DNA from: Torpedo marmorata
Taxonomy: Eukaryota
DNA length: 64,000 bases
Direction of reading: 5' to 3'
Assembly (NCBI GenBank): GCA_977017645.1
Contig: OZ360239.1
Location: 29,698,001 to 29,762,000 of the forward strand
The notes below the pieces were generated by a model. It worked only from the letters and a program-made list of their open reading frames with translations. It had not been told where the DNA came from and made no database searches. Shown here piece by piece: positions 14,301-26,600 of this stretch (the stretch's first letter is position 1; each line of letters starts with the position of its first letter). The position numbers were made by a program, and so were the translations under genes.

Positions 14301-15192
14301 TTCCTCATTCACTTGATTTCATCAACATATTCTTCTGCACCTTTCCCTTTCATTTTCTTTTCTTAAATGCATTCATTTAGTCATGATGTGACAGAATTTC
14401 AAACTATTCAGCAGAAGTACTAGATTAAAATAACTTGAAATTAACTCCAAAAGGCACAAAATGCTGAATAAATTTTTCCTTGTACTACCCATATGGAGTT
14501 ACTCAGCCATCCGGCATCCAATAAGGGAAGGGGGATCCGGTTGCATGAATATGTCAGCTGCACAAGAATTGCTCAAAAACATCACATGTATAAACCTTTA
14601 AATAAATTGCTGAACTATCTATAATTTCCTTACATTTTTAAATAACAATGTTTATACAGCAATTCTATATTAAGGCTAAATAGTAATGATATAAACTAGA
14701 GCAAGAGTAAATCACATGCCAATACTCACTATCACATGGTGCCAAGTTCAAAGAAGATGGTGCTGCCTATCAGCTTACAACTGCACCGCTCTTATATACA
14801 GTATAAACACAAATGAATTAAAATGGCTTTTCACACTTATTTTGCACAACACAAAATAAAATTTACTGTTTGAGGTTATTTTCACAAAAACAAACATTTT
14901 TGCTGGTTGCGTGAAAATTCCGGATGCATGAATATGGACAGGATAAATCAGTGTTTACTGAACAAGGTTTTCATATGATTTTGATTATTCAGGGTGATTT
15001 CCGACCTAATGCCATATCTGGTTAACTGTAGCTAAAACAAATAATCTGATCAAATAATGGGGTAGGTGGCACGTTACATTTCCAGATCTGAAAAGAGATA
15101 CAAAACACATTAAAACCTTTGGAACACATTAATAATATATTATACAATTGTTCATTATAGTCACTGAGGTGTGGCTCTGGTTGAAAACATGT

Positions 15193-15934
15193 ATTTTTAT
15201 CTATTTATTTATTTTAAAAAAGTATTTTATTTAAAATTTTAAATCACATGTTTATAAAATACAAAATTATCAGAATATATGTGATATATTTTCACCCTCC
15301 CCTCCCTCCCTCCTCCCTAACCCACCCACCCCTACTACTATAATAATATAGAAAGAAAGAAAAAAAAAGAATAGTAATTGGAGAATGTCAATCTAAAAAA
15401 AACTATACATTAATTTTATCGTGGAACACAGGTTCACCATTCAGACCTGATATCGAGAGATCCTCAAATCTTTAAACCCACAGTCTTTATATAGGTTAGT
15501 GCAATACAACTTTTTGCATCAATTATATTTAACGCCTAAGAAACTAAAGAAATTTAATTCGAGACTATCAGATTTATGTTTTAGATGTAATAGAGAGGAA
15601 GGCTCCTTTTTACATTCTACGTGGCTTTGTCCAAGGATACATGCTTTTTGGATGAAAGTTAAAAAGTTTTTAGACAAAGTATTAAGAATTACACTCCCAG
15701 TGAATCCTATGATATTTTTGTTTGGAGATATTAAAAGAATTAGTATTAAAATGAGATTAAATATGTATCAAATAGAATTTTTGCAAATTGCTTGAGTTGT
15801 TTCAAAGAAATGCCTCGCTATTACATGGAAGTCTGATGTAGATTTAGGGTTAGAAAGATGGTATGCAGAACTTCGTTCAGCTATACCACTTGAAAAAATT
15901 ACTTATAATTTACAAAATAAATATCATTTATTTT
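15193..15934 (-). mobile_element. 5'-inverted L1 insertion
   Basis: Minus-strand 3'UTR and poly(A) at 15193-~15495, plus-strand ORF2 piece at ~15490-15934. 15-bp TSD TGGTTGAAAACATGT at 15178 and 15935. Confidence 0.88.
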
Positions 15935-18164
15935 TGGTTGAAAACATGTTTGCGTCAGGATATTATTTGCTAATGAATTGGAACAGTATTCATGAATACA
16001 GTACTGTGTAAAACATGGACAAATTACCCCAAAACAAACACATCTGCAAAACTAAACAGTGTATGTCAACAAGCAATACCGACACTCTGTCAAACTGCCT
16101 ACAATCGTCAATTTGTTGCCTGAAGATAAGCTGAGTGTTCTTGGATTCCTTCAGCTCAAACCATTTATCCTAGCTCACCCCACTTCTGCTGCCAGTCCAA
16201 GATACTATCAGCTCTGTTGTGCAGTGTATTCCAGTAAGTGTCAAAATCGACCCCGGAGGGTCACTACTTCACATATCACGGCTTTCTATCAGCAGCTAGG
16301 GGATAAGAGCAATTTGCAAATCTCACCTCTGCGGAAACCTGTTATCATTTCAGATCATTGAGGACCAAAGGTCCACACTAGTTTCAGGGAAGAGGACCCT
16401 GCTTGTCATCATGTGCAAGAACAAGCATTTTTTTTGCTCCTGGCTTTTCTCCAGCTTTCATTTTAGACATATCCAACACTGAATTCCTCTCCAAATGAAT
16501 AGTATGTACAGATCCAGGTTAGGATTGAGGCTTAAAAATAAATACGCCAAGCTAATGAAACTGTAAAGGGGATGCAATTCAAACTAGGGCATCAAAAGAA
16601 AAATATACTGATGCATGATAAAATATTGGTGACCAGGCATGCATTTTCTCACTTACTAATTTAAAGGCAGTCTTTCAGAACTCAAAGGGAAAATATGAAT
16701 TTACAAATGTTTTTGCTTTTATTTAAAAAAAGATAAAGAATGCATGTTAATTTAAGTCTAGTCTGAAGCTTTTTGGCATTCCTTTGTTTGTAACTAATGT
16801 ACAATAGGATCACACAGTTCACGTTTTTAATCAACAATCAAAAAAATGCACTCCTACCCCTGTAACACTGCAATTAGGTACCTTTGACCTTTGTAGATAA
16901 AAGCCCAAATACCCCTTTTTATCACCAATGAAAAGTAAAAATGTGGGGGTAAAATAATTAAATTTAGCATATTTTGGGCAGTTTTAAATGCAGGAAAAGA
17001 AATAATTATCATAATGGAAAACAAAATTATGCACTTCAGGTATTTGAAGTACTTAATTTTGCTATTTATGCTAAACAGTGTGAAGCAAATCATAGAAGCT
17101 TCAATGTTTTGGGACAAATTGTTTAATCCTTTTTTGTAGTCATGGGCTATCTTCTTACTGGTCAGGATTGTAAACTGTCAGTCCTTATCTTTATAATTAA
17201 AAACACAAGATTACAAGCACAATAAGCGTATCACCTTTGTTGTTCCCTTCCGTGTGTGGAAGCACTTATCAATATTTATTTTAGAAAATGAATACATGTG
17301 TCACATTTTTCAGAGAAATAATACTAAGAAATTCTATGTTCCACTATCCAAAATTTCTTGATCATTGCTCTGTATTTCAGACTTTACATGCTGTTTAACA
17401 TGTCCAATAAGTTTTGGTAAGTGCACCTCACTCAACAAATTTAATTAAACTTTTAATATACGGTAACTTACAAAAGTTATTTTCTCAACACAACATCCAA
17501 AAAAATTATTTGGTTACTTAGGATATCATTGATGTGAAAGGACACGAAATTAATGCAGGGGTCACCTGGTCAGTATCATCACTTATGGGAAATCTCTACT
17601 GACATCAAACAACAGCATTTGGTATTACACAAAGCTCAATGTTTTAGGTCTTACGAATACATGGACAAGAACTATTTTTTATTTCCAAACAAATATCCTG
17701 ATCCAGAATTTTACAACCATTTCTGATACAATTTGTAAGGATCCACCTTTCTCAAGTAATTTTAAAAACATGTTCATATGGATAGGGAAAACAACTAAAA
17801 CTGCAGATGCTGGAATTTGAAGCAAAAACAGAAATGCAGGAAGAACTCAAGTTGCCTCTGCAGAAAGAGAAACTAGTTAAATTTTCAGGTGAGTGACCCT
17901 TGGAAATGGGAGAAGTGTAGATGGGTGTCAGTTTTTAAAGTAGAGCTTGGGGGCAGGAATTGGGTGCAGATCGAAAGGTTATATAGAGATAAGTTAAAGC
18001 AGATGGGGTGACAAGAAACACAAGTACTAACCTTTCATGAGGCATTTAAAAAAACGTGAGAATGGAACAAAAGCACAACAATAGAACAGTACGGGCCCTT
18101 TGGCCCACGATGTTATGCCACCCTATATAAACTACTCCACTGTCAATTGAACCCTTCACTCTCT

Positions 18165-19520
18165 CACTGCCCATTACCCTCCATTTTTCTTACCTTCGCC
18201 TCTCCTCTCAGCTTTCCATAAGAATCGCCCTTTCTGCGACTTGCTTGTCCACTCATCTCTTCCCACTGATATTCCCCCAGCACTTATCACAGCAACTGCA
18301 CAAAATGCTACACCTGTACCTAAACCTCCTCCCTCAACACCATTCAGGGCCCCAAATAGTCCTTCCAAGTGCGGCAACACTTCACCTGTGAATCTGTGGG
18401 GATCATTTACTGCATCCGGTGCTCCTGGTGCAGCCTCCTCTACAAAGGAAGAGCAGATGCAGAGTGGGGAAAATCACTTTGTTCAGCACCTTGGCTCTGT
18501 CTGCTGCAACAGCCAGGATCTCCCAGTGGCCAACCACTTTAATTTCACTTCCCATTCCCATACTGTACAGCCAAGTTGAGGCCACGTGCAAATTGGAGGA
18601 ACAGCACCTTATTGGCAGTCTTTAACCAGACGGCATTAATATAGACCTCAAATTGCTAATACCTCCCCACCCTTGTTTTCTTCACCTCTGCTTGCTTTCA
18701 CCAATCTCTCTTGCTCCATTCCTCCTTCTCTCCCCTCTCCCATCCTCTCTATCTTCCATTCACCCACACCTTCCTTCCTTTAGCTCCACACCCTACTTTT
18801 TATTCCATGGCCTAATGTCCTCCTATCAGAGTGCATCTTCCTCAGCCCTATGCCTCTTCCTCCTTTCTGACTGTTGCATCACTGTCTGGTATGGAGGTGC
18901 CATTGCACAGAAAAAGACTACAGAGAGTTGTGAACTCAGCCAGCGCCATCATGGGCATTAACCTTCACTGCATCAAAGAGATCTACAGGAGGCGATGTCT
19001 CAATAAAGAAACCTCTATCCTCAAGGACCCTCACTACCCAGGCCATTCCCTCTGCACTCTGCTGTCATCAGGAAGCATGTACAGGAGCCTGAAGATGAAC
19101 ACAGAGCAGTACTAAAACAGCTTCTTCCCCTCAGATTTCTGAATGGACAATGAACCACAGATACTACCTCACTTTCACTTGTTTTGCACTTTTATTTATT
19201 TTTGAAATGTAATTTATAGCAATGTTTGCACCTGGAATGCTTAAGCAAAACAACAAAGTTCGTCACATGTTCATGACAATAAATTTGATTCTTCTTTTTC
19301 TGCCTTCTTACTTTTTTCCCCATTTCTTCCCACTCCCACTGCATTCGCCAATCAACTGCCAACCCATGCTCTCCACCTCCCCCTACCTCCTACCCTTTTA
19401 TTCGAGCTTCTACCCTTTTCTTGTTATTCCTGATGAAGGGTTACAGTCCAAGATGTTGACTATCTCTTGCCTTCCATAGATGCTGCCTGACCCACTGATT
19501 TCCTCCAGCACTTTGTGTGT
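18165..19520 (+). mobile_element. Degenerate Penelope element interrupted by a Rex1/Babar 3' fragment (~18868-19290)
   Basis: GIY-YIG-like remnant (HFVQHLGSV..DLPVANHFN) and a CCTGATGAAGGG terminal motif at ~19429. The Rex piece reads CITVWYGG..ILKDPHYPGH and ends in ACAATAAATTTGATTC. Confidence 0.7.
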
Positions 19521-19822
19521 TCCTAAAATTATTGTTCTTTTGTTACTGACATCTCTGCCAAGGAAATCATGTCTTTCTAATCTATTCTATCTAAACCCCT
19601 CATAATTTCATACAGCTCAGATTTCTCCAATCCAAAAATAAACTGCAGTTTTCTCCAGCTCTGGCAATATCTTCATAATTGTTTTCGAAATCCTCTTTTG
19701 AGCTATCACGTTTTTACTCTAAAGGGAACCAAAACTGTGAGAACTTTATTGTAGTCTAACAAGTATTTTATACAGCTCTTACACAATTTTCTTGGTTTCT
19801 TGTTCTATGATTTATTGTTGTA

Positions 19823-20422
19823 CAGGTGCCTAACCTTTTATCCGAAAACCAAACATTTTTTCCAGTATATTTTCAGGTGTTTAGCTTAGTTTGAGCCAGT
19901 TAATGTTTGAAGTTTTACTGTATGTTTTACTTAAAAATAAAAAGTACGCTAGTAATTTTATGGTCTATCTTTATCTCACTTAATTTACCACCCCTCCCTC
20001 CATCCAGCGCCGCTGCGAACACCCCCATCCAGCTCCGCCGCGAACACCCCCATCCAGCGCCGCCACCCCCCCGTCCAGCGCCGCCACCGCCCCTGTCCAG
20101 CGCCGCAAACACCCCCGCGAACACCCCCATCCAGCGCCGCCGCAACCCAGGGCCGCCGCGAACACCTCCGTCCAGCGCCGCCACCGCAAACACCCCTGTC
20201 CAGCGCCGCGAACACCCCCGTCCAGTGCCGCCGCGAACACCCCACCATCCATCGCCGCCATCCAGAAACCCTTCTCGATGGAGTGTGACTTTGTTTTGCA
20301 CGAATCTGAAGCAACGCAATTATTTAAAAGTACCGCCGTTAAAATAATTCTATAATCCGAAAAAATCCGAATTCCAAAAAGTGTCCGGTCCCAAGGTTTT
20401 TGGATAAAAGGTTAAGTACCTG
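19823..20422. mobile_element. Tc1/pogo-type MITE carrying a GC-rich minisatellite
   Basis: TIRs CAGGTGCCTAACCTTTTATCCGAAAACC / GGTTTTTGGATAAAAGGTTAAGTACCTG, flanked by TA. Internal CCAGCGCCGCC..CGAACACCCC repeats at ~19995-20265. Confidence 0.8.
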
Positions 20423-23103
20423 TAGTATATTTTCTAATATATAAATTGCAATGTATCAGCAAAGTTTACCATTGGCAAATTATTTTATTGCCAAATATTA
20501 AAACATCAGCTATAATTTCCTCAAATTGCAGGGTAAACAAATTTGGAAAGTTATACATGCCCTGTACATGGTCAGTCTTGTTTCCAATCAAAAATGGTGT
20601 CGTATTTTAAAACCATAGCCATACAGTTCCCACTAAAATGTCAAATTTAAATGAACATATTTTCGACAAAATGCATTAAAATTAAGTCTATCTATGCAAC
20701 TCTTACAAAATTTTTTTAAATGCACATATAAGAATGCAGGAAAGTGTGTGACACTTCCCACATCAAACTGGTATTTTTCTGAATCATACTGACCGCTCGT
20801 CGACATCAATATGCAGAAATGAACTGGATTCTTTCAGTTAGATTAAAGCAATCCTAATCAAATCTGATATCCTCCACAAACAGGGCATCCTCAAGAGAAA
20901 CTGTTCATTGCAACTCTGTAAAAAGTGCTATAATTGGCAGCAAACAGCAAAAGGTATTTTTAAAAGTATACACAGAATGCTTTTACATATTTAAGAATGA
21001 CAAAGTAAGCTATTAATTACCAGGAATCTCCTTGTTATCCTAACTCCTAATTACTTTAATCACAAATATTTTAACCTACATATACTGTACATCCACAGTG
21101 CAGAGAACAATTTCAATTTTCCTGTCAAAAAATGTATATTTTCCCCCATTGAAAAATGTGTTGCCCAAATGGGAATACATTTTACAGTAACTGATTTACT
21201 CTATTTTTTTCACCACAAGCTGAAATAGGAAGGTTCTGTTTTAGAAACTGTTTAAATAACATTTTTTTTTACTCTGCATTATTTAAAATGTTCACAATGT
21301 TTAATTCCAATTTTTCACAAATTGTTTATCATTACTTTAACACAATTGAAAAGGATTAAACCATACATCTGTTATGTTAAAAGCAACATTCTAAAGCAAA
21401 GTCAACTTTAATGATAAATGTGAATTTTAATTATTTTTCAATTACATTTTCACTGCAATTCGTTTACTGGATGATGTATTTGGAGATTTAAAAACCCTGA
21501 CAAGTAGAACAATACTGTGACATCTCCAACAAGGATAAAGAGTGCAAGATCAATAAAACACTCTGAATCATCTATTCTTCCATTCAAAAAGCATATACTG
21601 TCATAATTTATGCTTGTACAATCATACATTCATACAGATCAAGACAAGCAATATGAATTAAAATGTGTCCCTAACCCAAGTGCTTCACTCAATGCCATAT
21701 GCATAGTAACTAGATGTCTGGAATCCAGCCAAGGTTCAGCTGCCAGCAAAAACTTTGTCACCTGCTTTGAACATCTGAAGTATGTTTACCCAATAGATTT
21801 CATTAAATTACATTTCCATTAGGAAGCATACAATGTTGATACTTGTCTCAAAGATAAAAGGAATGGCTAAGAGGCATGTCATTTGTCTTCCAGCTGATTG
21901 CAGTTTCTAGGCCAATCAACAGAAACAGCCAGAACAATACTTCGTAAAGGCATATCCCCAAGAGCTCTAAGTTGGTACTGCAATAACATTAAATCGCCTA
22001 CATAATTAAAACATGCACACTTTATATCAATAAAATAAAATGTTAATATGCTTGAAACTACAAGATTAAATGGTTTATTTTAAAATTCGAGATGAATTTT
22101 TTCTATATTTAGGTTAAAGTACATTTGTCTTATTGTTTTTTCTATTTTTAGTATTTCCCCAAAGATGTTTCAATGCAATTGACTAATATTCTTCATTAGA
22201 ATATTAAAGATGATAAAATTTAAAACAGCTGCAAACTTTAATATAAATGATGAATACAAATCAAAAATGTTTCAAATTACCTGTTTCTCGATGAGAATTA
22301 TGTTTTTGTACAATGCTTACTGAGTTTAAGATGCTTTTCATTATAGTTTTGTGCATTTAAATTAACAGAGACACATTAAATTTTACCTTTTAAAAATGAG
22401 TTTGGTACTTTACAGTTTTAAATTTCCAGCAGATACCCAGATATTGTTTTTCTTGACAGTTGAGAAATAATAATCAGAGAACATTTCAACATACTGTACA
22501 AACATTTATTCCATTTAATGAATTTAATCTCAGGGGTCCATCAACATTTTTCTTTACACTGGGCCATTACTCAGATGCCGAACAGTGATCAAACAAGTTA
22601 GTTTGATTATAATTGGTTTGATTCATCAGCTGTGGGATTTCTACATTTTGTGTGCTGCAGTTTAGCACAAGTTGCACCATCCAACCCTCCCTCCACTATC
22701 AATCAAGAATGTAAATTACTTAAATGGTCACAAAAGAGAACAGATTTATAAAATTAACATTTTTTTCCCAGAGTATTTATTTGGATTCTTTTGGATTATT
22801 TCAAATTATCTAAAGGAGATAATTATTAAAATATTTAGATTTCGACTCTACCTGCAAGAAATTAAATACAGCAGCAATTCTATACTGGATTGCCATGGGA
22901 TGTTATAATTCAGGAATATGGGTTTATAATCATAATTCTTCAAATAATGGAAGAGGATTTTTTTTTTAAATGTCCATAGATTGTTATCAAACAAACAGTT
23001 TCTCACATGAGTATGAAGTAGGACTGGGTTTGTCAAGGATGAGAATGCTTTTATTTAAAAATTGTACTATTTGCATCTGTAAATGAAAAATAAGTGCAAT
23101 TTA

Positions 23104-23306
23104 CAGTAAAACCCCTGGAATTCGGCACCTATGGGGATTGGTAAATGCTGGATCAGTGAACTTTCCGGTTGCTTGAGGTTGCGTGTTGTGTGATTGGTAA
23201 ACTAATGGTGAGGCGTGCCAATTTTAAACTTCTGTATTTTTTACTATTTATTTTTAGCGATTTTTTTGGCCGGTTGCTTGAATGCTGGATAACAGTGGTT
23301 TTACTG
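23104..23306. mobile_element. Short TA-flanked MITE (Tc1/pogo type)
   Basis: TIRs CAGTAAAACC / GGTTTTACTG with TA on both sides. Confidence 0.75.
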
Positions 23307-23308
23307 TA

Positions 23309-24150
23309 CAGGTAGTCCTCAACGTACGACCTACGCGAGTTACGTCCACCTGCACATACGACCAAATTTTTTTTTGTATAAAAAGTATTGTATATATGTT
23401 GAGATTCTTTATTACAGTATTTACTTGAAGTTCATAAAATCACATCGCAAAAAAAGCGGCATCGCGCTAAATCGGGGTTTCAATAAAGCGTTGTAACAGT
23501 TGAAATTAAAACACAGATCAATGGCCGTCTTCGTTACCCATAATTCCCCACGCAGCTGGAACCGCTCTGCCAGTGCCAGGGAAACGCAGAGCGGTTCCAG
23601 CTGCGTGGGGGATTATGGGTAACGAAGGCAGCCATTGATCTGTATTTTAAATTCGAAGACAAGTTTGGGACGCTCACCGGAGCTCGGATGGACGGGCGGG
23701 CCAGGCAAGGATCCGCGGTCGGGGGCGTTGGGAGCTCCGGTGAGCGGGTGGCGAGGCGTCGGGAGCTCGCATGGGTGGGCGGTCAGGACGTATGGAGCTC
23801 CGATGAGCAGGTAGCTGGTGCGTCTGGAACTCGGATGGACGGGCGGCCCAGGCAAGGATCTGCGGTCAGGGGCTTCGGGAGCTCCGGTGGGCGGGTGGCT
23901 GGGGCGTTGGGAGCTCGGATGGGTGAGCTGTTCCATAAGGATGGGTTTCCCTTGAATTAGCTAGGACCAAAATCAAAGTAAATACACCAACTAGGGCTGG
24001 AAACAAGGCTTTAAACTGAAAATAATGTTGATGGTGGTGGTAGTGGGGATGGTAGCAGATATGCGCGGCAGAACTAATCCGACTTACGACCAATCCGAGT
24101 TACGACCACTCCTTCGGTCCCAATTACGGTCGTAAGTCGAGGACTACCTG
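23309..24150. mobile_element. Tigger-like non-autonomous DNA transposon with an internal hairpin and GC-rich repeats
   Basis: TIRs CAGGTAGTCCTCAACGTACGACC / GGTCGTAAGTCGAGGACTACCTG with TA TSD. It shares the TA at 23307-8 with the preceding MITE. Confidence 0.85.
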
Positions 24151-25425
24151 TATAGCAATGATTCTGTGCATTCATCTTCCAAAGGGCTGTCGGGATTTAA
24201 TATATTATCACTATTCTTAAAACAGTATGTTTGCTATGTTTAAATGAAAAATTGCAATTGAAATTGCAATTGAATATTGCAAAGTATTTTCAAAACAGGA
24301 TAGCTGTGTACAGTACAACCTTTCTACACCTGTTCCGTATGTCTTTAATGAAAGCTACTGCAAATAGATGAGTACAAAAACAACTTGTGTTTTTCCTACA
24401 TAGCATACTTGGTGATAATTTTCTCCTTAAGAACACCAAAAGATTCCAACAACATGCCACATTGATTCAAATTTTACCCAAAAAAAAATCACTATTTTAA
24501 GATTATGGCTCTCTGTCTCATTAAAACTGAAACACAATAGCTTCTTAATTTTTAATAACAGCATTCATGTCAATCATTTAAAATGTAAATGGTTGAGCAA
24601 TACAAACGTACTACTTTAAGGTTACAGCTTGCAAACCAGTAGTTATGTCAATAAAATATTATTTACACTTCAATCATTAAAATACACCTTTACAGGACGT
24701 TAGGTGTCTATGGTTAAAAGTCCACGCCAGTCCCATGTTCCATATGCTCAATGTAATAGCATATGTACATTTTACATTTACAGAACATAATTTCTGAACA
24801 GAACAATATACAGGCCTTATTTCATGAAAATGATGACAAATTCATACCCTAAGTTTTCATTAGATCATCAATTTCCTTTGATTATGCTGGAAAAGACTAC
24901 AAAGCACTGTTCTCTGTGGGGAGCAGGGGTTTCAGTGGCTGCATTTTCTGAATTCCCACATCTAACTGTGCATGTGTTCTCCAGAATTTGCTGTCAGTTT
25001 CATGACGTAATGGCAGTGAACATAGATGGCTCTGCCATCATGACAGCTATAAAACATGGGCCATAATCTTTATGACATAAAAATGAAGGTTTTCATGGCA
25101 AATGCAAAGGGAGAACTTGTCATAATACAACTTCAGATATATCAAATCACAAAAATAAAAACTGTCAAATATTACAACTTGTAACACACTAATAGATTTG
25201 AAAAAGTGGCATAATAAAAGATAAAGCTGATCCAAAAGTCTGGTCAAACTTGGTCTACTCTTTTCTTCATATACAGAATACAGATCAAGACAAATGTAGC
25301 AAGGAGAGTTTTAAGGTAAAGGATAAAGGCAAAGATACAGACACAAAAGTTGGGGGAGGGGGCACCCAGACAGCTGGAAGTACCAAAGCACATGGATGAA
25401 AATAACATAGTGTGTTAGATTGGGG

Positions 25426-26274
25426 TGCTACAAAATCAAACCAGCAACGACAGAAGACGTAATGCAAAAGGGGTAAAATTGAAATTATTATTTATTAAAC
25501 ACAAGTAAACATATAATTTCACAACAATTAACCCCACTATAAACGTCTATACTCTATTCTTATCTAAAAGGTGTATGTGTGTGTGTAAAGCCCAGACCAT
25601 TACAGTCTGTGCCCAACCCCTATGTAAAAATGGAAAAACTTTCCCCAAAAACCCCAGGTCAGTCATAAAAAAACAAGTCAGTCAAAAAAAGATAAACAGT
25701 CTACAAATTCACTCTCTAAGTTCAGGCTTCAATTCAGCTCTGGGTCTGGTAAAAGTACTTCTGAATGAACGTTGGAGAGAGACAATAACTGTTATGCTTA
25801 CAAATACTTGTTTTCTTCTCTGATGACGTCCCCTTCTTGTAGGTTCATAAGGATTGCAAGTTCCAGATCAGTATACCACTGATTTAGGCGTGTGCTTGAA
25901 TCTCACAGCTAGTCTCGCTGATCTCACGCCTGTTCTCCACAGAAGTTGCTTTTCTCAGAATTTCTCTGAGACAGGAGGCCATGTGCTATTCTTCCAGTTT
26001 TCTCTGACTGCACAAGCCTGCATCTGGCTGTGTTCGGTAGCCTTTGCAACTCACAACTGACTGTCTGCTTTGCAGAGATCTGCCCCTGCTTTTTGCAAAA
26101 GTGCAACAGTGTATCTTTTCCACAGTCTGTCTCTCTCTGCTCTCTCTCTCTCTGGGTACACCAAGTCCTGGGGAAGTTAACTTTTTCAGTACCTGGCCCC
26201 AGTGTGTACTCCAAAAGAATTCATCCTTCCTGCTGACCGTCCGCAGTCCAAATGGTCAGTCATGGTCCATAACA
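25426..26274 (-). mobile_element. Solo LTR of the Gmr1-like Gypsy family found at 49713-55686
   Basis: Reverse complement aligns along its whole length with LTR 49713-50612. TG...CA ends; TSD GGGG at 25422-25425 and 26275-26278. Confidence 0.92.
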
Positions 26275-26329
26275 GGGGAAAGAGAACAAATTTGTTTACA
26301 TTTTTTTCTTTGTTTACATTTCTCTCTTT

Positions 26330-26600
26330 TGTATGCATCTTTTCTAGAGTACAATTTTTTGCACTACCGATAAATAGAAATTCTGCGTGGCCTGCAGGAA
26401 AAAGAATTGCAGGGTTGTATGTGATTTCAGATTCAGATTTATTGTCAGAGTACATACATGACATCACATACAACACTGAGATTCTTTTTCCTGTGGGTGA
26501 GGCAGAATTACCACTTATTGGTAATATGCATGTACTCTCTGACAATAATGCATGTCATGCATGTAATTTCTGATAACAAAACTGAACTTTGAACTTTATG
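26330..26600. repeat. Nested short Rex-type 3' tails in opposite orientations
   Basis: Plus-strand AGAATTGCAGGGTTGTATGTGAT...GATAACAAAACTGAACTTTGAAC is interrupted by a minus copy TCAGATTCAGATTTATTGTCAGAGTACAT. Confidence 0.5.

Noticed and set aside
14500-14960. Possible old MITE related to 23104-23306
   Set aside because: Only partial terminal similarity; TIR pair and TSD could not be fixed.
19907-20347. Pro-rich and Gly-rich ORFs
   Set aside because: By-product of a GC-rich minisatellite within a MITE.
20793-20916. Candidate minus-strand exon (TTTTACAG...GTCAGT)
   Set aside because: Stops in all three frames and no homology recognised.
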